NCBI GenBank assembly: GCA_013359225.1
Contig: JABWCG010000002.1
Span: 1-47,469, forward strand
Direction: 5' to 3'
Length of the DNA stretch: 47,469 nucleotides
Origin: Candidatus Buchananbacteria bacterium
Lineage (GTDB): Bacteria > Patescibacteriota > Patescibacteriia > Buchananbacterales > UBA6539
Positions 1 to 8,416 of the stretch are shown one piece after another (position 1 is the stretch's first letter; every line of letters begins with the position of its first letter). The notes under the pieces are model-generated. The model was given only the letters and a program-made list of their open reading frames with translations. It made no database searches and was not told the DNA's origin. A program made the translations under genes and the position numbers.

Positions 1-345
<345 letters not shown>

Positions 346-407
346 AAGAACTGGGATTAAATAAAAATTTCCAGAAGAAGTCCCGTCGTTTACGAACGAC
401 TGGATGC

Positions 408-515
408 TTCTGGTGGTTTTAGCGAAGGGGTAACACCTGTTCCCATCCCGAACACAGCAGTTAAGACCTTCAGCGCCGATGATACTCGCAAGGGAAAAGT
501 AGGTCATCGCCAGTT
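408..515 (+). rRNA. rrf: 5S rRNA
   Basis: CCCATCCCGAACACAGCAGTTAAG and GCGCCGATGATACT core motifs. Terminal helix CTGGTG/CGCCAG. A leader hairpin CCAGAAG...CTTCTGG lies just upstream. Ends are +/-3 nt. Confidence 0.9.
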
Positions 516-525
516 ATATCAGAAA

Positions 526-552
526 ACCTCGGATTTATTCCGAGGTTTTTTG
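526..552 (+). terminator. Intrinsic terminator of the rRNA operon
   Basis: Hairpin CCTCGG-ATTTATT-CCGAGG followed by TTTTTT. Confidence 0.8.
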
Positions 553-553
553 T

Positions 554-582
554 TTGACCAAAATATTGTTTTTTGCTACGAT
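554..582 (+). promoter_or_regulatory. Sigma70-like promoter candidate (TTGACC, 17 nt, TACGAT)
   Basis: -35 TTGACC at 554-559, a 17-nt spacer, then -10-like TACGAT at 577-582, directly upstream of the GC-rich ORF-free segment. Confidence 0.35.
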
Positions 583-589
583 ATCAATT

Positions 590-852
590 ACTTCTTCGTT
601 GCGGCCTGCTTTCTTGCGCGGCCATATCCACCCCGCACGCGGGAGGGCCATACTAGCGGCCGTTAATAGATGACGACCATGGTTTGGCCCTTCCGCACCT
701 CCACTTTTTTGCTCTTTATCAATACCTTTCCCGAGGAAGACCCCTTCCTCGTTTCCTTCCGCTCCAGGAAGAACCCCACCGGCCTATGAGAGCCCTCACC
801 GCGCCCTTGCGCGCAAACCCCAATGCACCACTCTCATCGCCGGTGGTTTTTC
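590..852 (+). ncRNA. Candidate structured RNA of unknown family (GC-rich, ORF-free, promoter to terminator)
   Basis: No ORF of 60 aa or more in any frame. Hairpin CGAGGAAG(732-739)/CTTCCTCG(744-751). Long terminal helix CCACCGGC+ATGAGAG (776-792) pairing with CTCTCAT+GCCGGTGG (831-846), followed by TTTTT. Confidence 0.25.
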
Positions 853-914
853 TTATAGGGTAATTTATTGACATTGTTTTTTGTATGATATAGTATGATA
901 TTATATAAACTTAT

Positions 915-1727
915 ATGGATAAAACCCGCCTGACAATCACTTTAGATAAAGACATCCTCGAAAAACTGGATGAATATATTGATGGCGCTAGGATTCGTAA
1001 TCGGTCGCACGCTATTGAGTATGTGTTAAGCAAATATTTTTCGCCGAAAGTTCGTAAGGCACTCATTTTGACTGGTGGTAAGGCTACTAGCTTGCCCAAA
1101 GGTATGATTGAAATCAATGCTCGTCCGGTGCTTGAACATACGGTTGAGAATCTTCGTCGCTATGGTGTTCGGGAAATTATTTTTTCCCTTGGCCACCAGG
1201 GGGAAAAAATCAGAAAGCATTTTGGTGACGGCTCGCGGTTTGGTATTAAAGCTACTTATTTAGAACAGGGTAAATTTCAGACCGGTACGGCCCAGCCGAT
1301 TATGCAAGCCAAAACAGAGTTAGGCAATTCACCGTTTATGGTAATTTATGGTGATGTCATCGCTCAGCTTGATTTGGATGACATGATGGATTTTCACTTG
1401 TCTCATAATGGTCCAGTCACTATTGCGTTGACAGCGGTTAATCGTTCCAGCGATTGGGGGGTGGTGCGTATTCAGGGTTCGCGGGTCTATTCATTTTTGG
1501 AAAAGCCGGATAATCGACGTGATCTGTCAAACATCATTAACGCAGGAGTTTATATTTTTGACCCAGAAATTTTTGATTATCTTAAAGACGCTACCAGACT
1601 GGAAAAAGATGTCTTTCCAAAATTAGTTGAAGAACGTAAACTTTTTGGCTATATTTTTGCGGGGGACTGGTTTGACGTTGGTAACAGTGAAAGTTATAAT
1701 CGGGCAATTAAAGAATGGAAAAATTGA
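915..1727 (+). CDS. Ribbon-helix-helix (CopG/NikR-type) domain fused to a sugar-phosphate nucleotidyltransferase-fold domain
   Basis: The N-terminus TRLTITLDKDILEKLDEYIDGARIRNRSHAIEYVL is a classic RHH. The rest matches the GlmU/RmlA/GMPP fold (LILTGG, IYGDV, NAGVYIF). The glycine loop reads GGKATSL and lacks the usual GxGTR arginine. Confidence 0.8.
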   Translation: MDKTRLTITLDKDILEKLDEYIDGARIRNRSHAIEYVLSKYFSPKVRKALILTGGKATSLPKGMIEINARPVLEHTVENLRRYGVREIIFSLGHQGEKIRKHFGDGSRFGIKATYLEQGKFQTGTAQPIMQAKTELGNSPFMVIYGDVIAQLDLDDMMDFHLSHNGPVTIALTAVNRSSDWGVVRIQGSRVYSFLEKPDNRRDLSNIINAGVYIFDPEIFDYLKDATRLEKDVFPKLVEERKLFGYIFAGDWFDVGNSESYNRAIKEWKN

Positions 1728-1825
1728 TATTGAACGTTTGATTTAGGTTCCGACTAGGAGTGGAGCGGAGTCTGAACGGAACGTTCAAAACTGAATAAAA
1801 GAAAAACTCAATAGGAGTGGCAGGC

Positions 1826-2530
1826 ATGAAAGTGCTTGGAAGTGTAACGGGTATTCTTGGTATCGTTTTCGATATCGACAACACGGTGTATTATCGAACC
1901 GATGAGTATTTGGCTGCAGGCAGCCATAACGAAGTTGTGGAAGTCGCTAAGATTCTCGGTGTTGAACCGGCGGAAGCTCAGCGACGTATCGCGGCTAAGC
2001 GTCAGGAAATCGCTACTCAACAAAACCGCAAGGTCGCGTTGACGGAAGGTGTCTTGGCACTTGGTGTTACTCGCCGGCAGTGGGATGTTTTGCGCTGCAC
2101 AGCGTGGAACCCCGAAAAATGGATTCAACCGGATTCAGAAATGTCGGAACTGATGCGGCGCCTGGCAGACAGATTTACCGTCTGTTTTGGCACCAATTCG
2201 CCGTCGGAAATCGGCGAACGCATTATTGAACTGATTGGTATTAGGTCAACAGTGCCCAAGGTTCTGGTTTTCGGACCAGATAACATTGGACACTCCAAGC
2301 CTGATCCGCAGTTTTTTTCGTTGATCGCGCAAGTAGCGGGTCTGGATCCTGCTACTTGCCTTTCGATTGGCGATCGCGAATTTTCCGAAGGGCCGCCCGC
2401 ACTAGAGGCTGGTTACGCTGGTGCAATAATTGTTCCTGGCAGCAGGGACGAAACACTTCAGGTTGGTGAAATGTTGCTTAGCAGGACGCTTAGCGCACAA
2501 ACGCATATGGAGGGAGGTGTTAGCAGATGA
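1826..2530 (+). CDS. HAD-superfamily hydrolase
   Basis: Motif I VFDIDNTVY and a distal SIGDRE motif. ATG 1826 is preferred over the track start 1817 because AGGAG lies 9 nt upstream. The gene is visibly GC-richer than its neighbours. Confidence 0.75.
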   Translation: MKVLGSVTGILGIVFDIDNTVYYRTDEYLAAGSHNEVVEVAKILGVEPAEAQRRIAAKRQEIATQQNRKVALTEGVLALGVTRRQWDVLRCTAWNPEKWIQPDSEMSELMRRLADRFTVCFGTNSPSEIGERIIELIGIRSTVPKVLVFGPDNIGHSKPDPQFFSLIAQVAGLDPATCLSIGDREFSEGPPALEAGYAGAIIVPGSRDETLQVGEMLLSRTLSAQTHMEGGVSR

Positions 2531-3258
2531 AACAACAACCCACGTTTCAGGATTTAATCGCCGGCCATGTTCGGCCCGGTGCAGTGTCGATTATCGGTAT
2601 TACGGGTCAGGCAGGCGCTGGCAAGAGCAACCATATTGCGCCGTTGGCGAAAGCGCAAATCGAAAGCGTTGGCTACCCCGCTGAGATCCTTGGACTTGAC
2701 GTCTTCTTCAAACTTTCCAGCCGGGCTCGTAAGGCTTGGCTGAATGAGGATGGTGTTGACCCCGAAGAACTCACGCGGCGCGCGGACCAAATGACCTGGT
2801 GGGATTTTGATCGGGCACAGTCGGCGCTCAACGACCTGTTGGCACATAAACCCCTTCATTTAGAGGGCGTCTACAATCGTGCTGACGGCGGCGAGTTGAC
2901 CGGCGAAGTTCATATCGTGCCGCCAAAAGAAGGTATGGCCATTCTCTTTGATGGAGTTGCTATCTGCCATCTCCAGGGGATGTGTGAGATTGCCTATGTT
3001 CATACCCCGGCCAGCGTTCGGCTTGAACGTTTGCGTGCTCGCGATCGTCACCGTCAAGGTGCGGAAGTGCTTGAACGCTTTCGTTTAACCCAGGCGTTTG
3101 AAGTCCCGTACTTTCACAGCCATTGGCACCACTTGAGCTGCTGGCTCGACAATTCGCGCCAGGATCCGCTGGTCTTGTCGTCACTTGACCAGACGTTTGC
3201 CCTGTCCGAAGACGGGCTACCTGGACAGATCATTGCATTTGATGAAAAAGCCGGCTAA
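2527..3258 (+). CDS. P-loop kinase, uridine kinase/phosphoribulokinase-like
   Basis: Walker A GITGQAGAGKSN. ATGA start/stop overlap with the upstream HAD gene. GC-rich. Confidence 0.6.
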   Translation: MKQQPTFQDLIAGHVRPGAVSIIGITGQAGAGKSNHIAPLAKAQIESVGYPAEILGLDVFFKLSSRARKAWLNEDGVDPEELTRRADQMTWWDFDRAQSALNDLLAHKPLHLEGVYNRADGGELTGEVHIVPPKEGMAILFDGVAICHLQGMCEIAYVHTPASVRLERLRARDRHRQGAEVLERFRLTQAFEVPYFHSHWHHLSCWLDNSRQDPLVLSSLDQTFALSEDGLPGQIIAFDEKAG

Positions 3259-3280
3259 CAAGCCGACTCGTTCATCACCG

Positions 3281-3316
3281 GCGATTCATTTACAATGTAA
3301 ACTGAATCGCTTTTTA
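3281..3316 (+). terminator. Intrinsic terminator after the kinase gene
   Basis: Stem GCGATTCA(3281-3288)/TGAATCGC(3303-3310) followed by TTTTT. Confidence 0.65.
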
Positions 3317-3319
3317 TTT

Positions 3320-3973
3320 TTATAAAGTATGTATTACCGCAGGATTGATATCTGACAGCGCATCAACGGTTGTATCGGCAGCATTAAGGGCTCCCGGTGG
3401 AGTATAGGGATGATTGATGCCAATACATTTCATTCCCGCATTTTTAGCAGAACCAACACCATCTTTAGAATCTTCAATTACAACACATTCAGCCGGTGTG
3501 ACGCCCAATTTTTGCGCGGCCAGCAAATAAATTTCCGGGTCAGGCTTGAGGTTAGTGATTTGATCAATTGATAAAATCACTTCAAAATATTCTTTAATCC
3601 CAAGCCAACGCATCATACTTTCAATCATTCGTGATTCGTTCTGAGAGGCTAGTGCCAGCTTAAATCCCTGGCCTTTGAGCAGCTCAAGCAGTTTTTTGCC
3701 GCCGGGCATTGCCTTGACGTATTTGTCAGGATCAGTGTTAAATGCTTCTCGTTTGTTTTGGGTTAATTTTTTTACGTCGATTTTTTCTTGTTGTTCGGGA
3801 GTCAATATGTCATTCCAGAAATCTTTTGATTTGCGCCCGGCTTTATATTTAAAATCTTCATCTTTCAGGAAGATGCCATAATCCTGTCCAAGAATTTTTT
3901 GATAAAACTTAAAGGTTTCTTTCTCGGTTTCAATTAAAACCCCGTCCAAATCAAATAGTATTGCTTTAATCAT
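3320..3973 (-). CDS. HAD hydrolase, beta-phosphoglucomutase/sugar-phosphatase subfamily
   Basis: Motif I LFDLDGVLIETE, a cap-domain-length insert, and motif IV VIEDSKDG. Confidence 0.8.
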   Translation of the reverse strand: MIKAILFDLDGVLIETEKETFKFYQKILGQDYGIFLKDEDFKYKAGRKSKDFWNDILTPEQQEKIDVKKLTQNKREAFNTDPDKYVKAMPGGKKLLELLKGQGFKLALASQNESRMIESMMRWLGIKEYFEVILSIDQITNLKPDPEIYLLAAQKLGVTPAECVVIEDSKDGVGSAKNAGMKCIGINHPYTPPGALNAADTTVDALSDINPAVIHTL

Positions 3974-4138
3974 ATAGTCTATAGTATCAGTAATTTAATT
4001 ATTAGACAATAATAAAATTTTTTGACATAAAATTTATATAATTTTAGCTAATTTTAGCTAAATTATGTATTTATCCACAATTTTGTCAGAAAAAAATTGA
4101 CAAGATTTAAAATTCGTTATACTATGGCTATTATCTCT

Positions 4139-4876
4139 ATGGTTGAAAAAACCCTCCAAAATTTGGGTCTGGAAGACAAGGAAATTAAAGTATACCTGGC
4201 TTGTTTAAAGTTGGGCCCTTCGCCAGTGCGTAAAATTGCCGAAAACGCTGGCATTAATCGTCAAACTGTCTATGATATTTTAAAGGGGTTGATCGGTACC
4301 GGCTTGATTAGTTATTACCATAAAGATAAGCGTCAGTATTTTATTGCCGAGGACCCATCGCGACTTAAAGATGTTTTACGTCAACGCCGGGACTTGTTGG
4401 AGAAAACTGAAACAGAAATGAGTGAGATTATTCCACAGCTTAAATCAATTTATAACAATGCGGCCGTTAAGCCGGTTGCTAAATTTTATGAAGGGTATGC
4501 CGGCATCGAATTAGTTTTGAAAGACGTTATCAAGAGTTGCCGGGACGGATCCGAAAAATCATACTATGTGTATTCGGCTGCAAGCATTAAAAGATATTTA
4601 TATAATGTCTACCCTAATTTTTCCAAGGATCGAATTGATTCTGGCATTGGGGTTAAAGTAATTTCAATCGGTCCCGGCGGAGAAACCCGGGGACTTGATG
4701 AGCGCAAGTGGCTGACAAAAAAAGACAGTGCACCGACCTATATTTTAATTTATGCCGGCAAGCTAGGGATGATTTCGGTTGATGCTAACGAGAAGCCAAT
4801 TGGTGTTATTATCGAAGATAAAAATATTTATCAGACTCAAAAAATGATTTTTGAGTTTGTCTGGGAGAATCTATAA
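4139..4876 (+). CDS. TrmB-family transcriptional regulator (sugar-responsive HTH family)
   Basis: LGLEDKEIKVYLACLKLGPSPVRKIAENAGINRQTVYDILKGLIGTGLISY matches the TrmB winged-HTH. The start is ambiguous (4097, 4124 or 4139). TTGACA...TATACT at 4097-4123 argues for a downstream start. Confidence 0.8.
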   Translation: MVEKTLQNLGLEDKEIKVYLACLKLGPSPVRKIAENAGINRQTVYDILKGLIGTGLISYYHKDKRQYFIAEDPSRLKDVLRQRRDLLEKTETEMSEIIPQLKSIYNNAAVKPVAKFYEGYAGIELVLKDVIKSCRDGSEKSYYVYSAASIKRYLYNVYPNFSKDRIDSGIGVKVISIGPGGETRGLDERKWLTKKDSAPTYILIYAGKLGMISVDANEKPIGVIIEDKNIYQTQKMIFEFVWENL

Positions 4877-4877
4877 T

Positions 4878-6716
4878 ATGTGTGGTATTGTCGGATATGT
4901 TGGGACTAAGGCGGCTTCGCCGATCTTGCTTGATGGCCTAAAACGTTTGGAATATCGAGGCTATGACAGTGCCGGTATTGCGGTTTGGGATGGTCATAAA
5001 ATTAATGTTTTAAAAACTCGGGGTCGAGTCAAAGAATTATTTGATGCCGTTTCTGCAAACCCTTTAAGCGGCACGGTCGGCATCGCTCATACGAGGTGGG
5101 CCACTCATGGTGAGCCAAATGAAGTGAATGCTCATCCGCACGGGGATAATGATGGCAATGTTTTTTTAGTGCATAATGGTATCATTGAAAATTATAAAAC
5201 GCTGAAAAATGAGCTGGAAAAAGAAGGCCATATTTTTAAATCAGAAACCGATACAGAAGTATTGGCGCATCTTATTGGCAAATTATTGAAAAGTAGCAAG
5301 AGCTTAGAGGAAGCAGTCAAAAAATCGTTGCACCTGGTTAAAGGGGCATATGCGATTGCAGTGATGGCTAATAGTGAGCCGGGTACTTTGGTGGCTGCTA
5401 GACTGAGTAGCCCGTTACGCATTGGTATTGGTGCTGATCAATTAATTATCGCGTCCGATCCATCAGCGATTTTAAGTTATACTCATCAGGTTATCACTCT
5501 GGGAGATAAAGAGGTGGCTGTGATCAAAGATGGCGAATATGTTATTTCTAGTCTGGATGGCCAACAGCCGATTGATAAAGAGGTGGAAAAAATTGAATGG
5601 GACATGGAACAGGCAGAAAAAGGCGGCTTTGATCATTTTATGTTAAAGGAAATTATGGAACAACCCGAAACGGTGCGTAATAGTTTGCGTGGCCGAATTA
5701 TTGTTGAGGAGGGCCGGTCAAAATTAGGTGGGCTTGAGTCGGTTGAACATCGTTTGCGTCAAATTAAACGTTTGACCATCGTGGCCTGTGGTACAGCGTC
5801 TTATGCCGGCTTGATCGGAGAATATATGCTTGAAGAATATGCCGGCATTCCAACGGAAGTCTCGGTAGCGTCAGAATTTAGGTATCGTAAGCCAATTTTA
5901 GACCCAGAACAGGATGCGGTGCTGGTGTTGAGTCAGTCGGGAGAAACTGCCGACACTTTGGCGGCCGTTAAAGAAGCCAAAGAAAAAGGTGTTTTAACGC
6001 TTGGTATTGTTAATGTGATTGGTAGTACTATTGCTCAGGAGACTGACGCCGGCGTCTATAATCACGCCGGACCGGAGATTGGCGTTGCATCTACAAAAGT
6101 ATTTGTTTCTCAGGTTACAGTGTTAGCTTTGCTAACATTAATGCTCGGTCGTCAGCGGCAGATGTCGATCGTGACAGGTAAACGCATTGCCGAAGAGCTG
6201 CTTACTATTCCAAAATATATTGAAGAGGTTTTACAGACTAATGAACGAATTAAAGGTGTGGCTCAAAAGTATGCGAAGTTTAAAAACTTTTTTTATCTGG
6301 GACGAAAATATAACTATCCAATTGCTCTTGAAGGAGCATTAAAGTTGAAAGAGATTTCTTACATTCATGCTGAAGGGGGATCTTCCGGTGAATTGAAGCA
6401 CGGCCCGATTGCCATGATTGATCCGGAATTTCCGACGGTTTTTGTTACTCCCAAAGACAGTGTCTATGAAAAAAACCTTTCTAACTTGCAGGAAGTTAAG
6501 GCGCGGCAGGGAAAGATTATTGCTGTGGCCACCGTTGGTGACGAGGAGGTCGCTAAAGTCGCTGATGAGGTTTTTTACATTCCAAAGACTTTAGAAATGT
6601 TAACGCCCCTGTTAGCCGTCGTGCCGCTGCAGCTTTTTGCCTATCATGTTGCGGTTGCCTGTGGTCGCGATGTTGATAAGCCGCGTAACTTAGCTAAAAG
6701 CGTAACCGTTGAATAA
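4878..6716 (+). CDS. glmS: Glutamine--fructose-6-phosphate aminotransferase
   Basis: N-terminal MCGIVGYVG with catalytic Cys2, two SIS domains, and the C-terminal KSVTVE signature. The track start at 4851 was trimmed to the MCGIV ATG. Confidence 0.95.
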   Translation: MCGIVGYVGTKAASPILLDGLKRLEYRGYDSAGIAVWDGHKINVLKTRGRVKELFDAVSANPLSGTVGIAHTRWATHGEPNEVNAHPHGDNDGNVFLVHNGIIENYKTLKNELEKEGHIFKSETDTEVLAHLIGKLLKSSKSLEEAVKKSLHLVKGAYAIAVMANSEPGTLVAARLSSPLRIGIGADQLIIASDPSAILSYTHQVITLGDKEVAVIKDGEYVISSLDGQQPIDKEVEKIEWDMEQAEKGGFDHFMLKEIMEQPETVRNSLRGRIIVEEGRSKLGGLESVEHRLRQIKRLTIVACGTASYAGLIGEYMLEEYAGIPTEVSVASEFRYRKPILDPEQDAVLVLSQSGETADTLAAVKEAKEKGVLTLGIVNVIGSTIAQETDAGVYNHAGPEIGVASTKVFVSQVTVLALLTLMLGRQRQMSIVTGKRIAEELLTIPKYIEEVLQTNERIKGVAQKYAKFKNFFYLGRKYNYPIALEGALKLKEISYIHAEGGSSGELKHGPIAMIDPEFPTVFVTPKDSVYEKNLSNLQEVKARQGKIIAVATVGDEEVAKVADEVFYIPKTLEMLTPLLAVVPLQLFAYHVAVACGRDVDKPRNLAKSVTVE

Positions 6717-6717
6717 T

Positions 6718-7164
6718 ATGGCAATAAAAATCCGTTTACTTAAATCTAGCGACCTGAAACCCGAAAGTGGTTTTTGGAAAACTTTAGCTCACCTTGCTCC
6801 GGGCAAAAAGGTTAGCTATCGTCAAGCAGTTCAAGCTTATCGCCGAGCCAAAAAGCAAGGCAGCTATATTTTTGTTGCTATTGAGCCTGTTACTAATCAA
6901 ATTGTTGGTACGGTTACGCTGTTGGTTGAGCAAAAGTTTATTCGCAATCTGGCTTTGGCCGGTCATATTGAAGACGTGGTTACTCGCAAAGGTTTTGAAG
7001 GTCAAGGTGTGGCCAGCCAATTAATCAAAGCAGCCTTAAAAAAAGCTAAGGTTTTGGGTTGCTATAAAGTGATTCTGGACTGTCGTAAAGAGCTAGTTAG
7101 TTTTTATCGTCGATTTGGGTTTAAAGCGGCTGAGGTGGAAATGAAGATTTATTTTAAAAAATAG
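6718..7164 (+). CDS. GNA1-type glucosamine-6-phosphate N-acetyltransferase (GNAT)
   Basis: GHIEDVV...GQGV...GCYKVILDC...FYRRFGF..AEVEMKIY lines up block for block with the eukaryotic GNA1 signature (GHIEDI..GQG..CYKIILDC..FYEKCGF..GVEM), recalled from memory. Confidence 0.8.
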   Translation: MAIKIRLLKSSDLKPESGFWKTLAHLAPGKKVSYRQAVQAYRRAKKQGSYIFVAIEPVTNQIVGTVTLLVEQKFIRNLALAGHIEDVVTRKGFEGQGVASQLIKAALKKAKVLGCYKVILDCRKELVSFYRRFGFKAAEVEMKIYFKK

Positions 7165-7192
7165 ATTTAAGGAAACTTAATTATTATAAATT

Positions 7193-8410
7193 ATGAAAGC
7201 ACTCGTTAAAAAGCGACCCACTAATCCGCCTGCCTGGTATGTCGGTTTAGATTATATTGATAAACCTGAGCCATCAGTTACCCCCGAACGTCCGGTAAAG
7301 GTGCAAATTATTTCAACCGGTATTTGTGGAACTGACGTTGGTATTTATCAGGGCAAGGATTCATTAGCTCAAAGTATGGCTAAAAACAAAGATGAGGAGA
7401 CTATTTTGGGCCATGAGTTTTGTGGTCGAATTTCTGAGATTCATGATTCTGCTAAAACGGAAGTGGCCAGCTTACTGCTACGTAAAAAATTATTGAATAA
7501 AAAATTAGCTGATTATGTCGAAGGTAAAACTGCTAAGCAACTGGCCTCCGGTGCTGATTTTGTAGAGTTTTTGAATAAGAATTTTTATGTTAGCGCCGAA
7601 ATGCATTTTACCTGTCTTGAGTGTTTGCAGTGTCGGACCGGACATCAGCACGTTTGTAAAAAGACAATCGGCAAGGGCATTCATGAAGACGGCGCGTATA
7701 CTGATTTTATGGTTGTGCCGGCAAACCGACTGGTATTATTTGAGGTAGGGGAAGTGCCGCCGGAAATTATTAGTTTTATGGATGCGATTGGTAATGGCGT
7801 TCATACTTGTCAGTCGGCCGACCTTGTTGGACGAACGATTTTGATTACCGGCGCGGGCTTACAGGGGCTGATGAGCTGCGCTATTGCTAAACAACTTGGA
7901 GCGGGAAAAATTTTTATCACCGATGTCATACCCGACAAAGCGAGTCTCGACAAGCTTGGCATTGCCAAAAAAATTGGGGCGGACTTTACTTTTAATGTGG
8001 GTAAACCCGAAGGTCTGGCCGCATTGCGCGAAACGATTGCCAAAGAAACCGATAATACCGGTGTTGATATTGTTTTTGAAATGGCCGGTCATTACAGCGC
8101 TTATAATGTGATTTTTGATAGTGTTCGCATGGGAGGCACTATTTTAATGTTAGGGTTGCCAGCTGGAAAATTAGAGCTTGATTTTTCCAATCAGGTTATT
8201 TTTAAGGGGCTGACGATTAAAGGTATTTATGGTCGCCGGGTGTTTGATACCTGGGATTTGATGCGTTATTTGTTGGCTAATGGTTTGACGGAAACTATTT
8301 TACGAAGCGGTGTTATTACCCATCAACTGCCGTTGGCAGAGTACGATCAGGGTTTTCAAGCCTTGATCAATGGTCAAGCGATTAAAGTGCTATTAAAGCC
8401 AGGAATATAA
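7193..8410 (+). CDS. tdh: L-threonine 3-dehydrogenase-like zinc alcohol dehydrogenase, with an internal insertion
   Basis: GICGTD, GHEFCG, the structural-Zn motif CLECLQCRTGHQHVC and the Rossmann loop GAGLQG. It lies immediately upstream of kbl. At 405 aa it is about 60 aa longer than typical Tdh. Confidence 0.8.
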   Translation: MKALVKKRPTNPPAWYVGLDYIDKPEPSVTPERPVKVQIISTGICGTDVGIYQGKDSLAQSMAKNKDEETILGHEFCGRISEIHDSAKTEVASLLLRKKLLNKKLADYVEGKTAKQLASGADFVEFLNKNFYVSAEMHFTCLECLQCRTGHQHVCKKTIGKGIHEDGAYTDFMVVPANRLVLFEVGEVPPEIISFMDAIGNGVHTCQSADLVGRTILITGAGLQGLMSCAIAKQLGAGKIFITDVIPDKASLDKLGIAKKIGADFTFNVGKPEGLAALRETIAKETDNTGVDIVFEMAGHYSAYNVIFDSVRMGGTILMLGLPAGKLELDFSNQVIFKGLTIKGIYGRRVFDTWDLMRYLLANGLTETILRSGVITHQLPLAEYDQGFQALINGQAIKVLLKPGI

Positions 8411-8416
8411 AAACAT

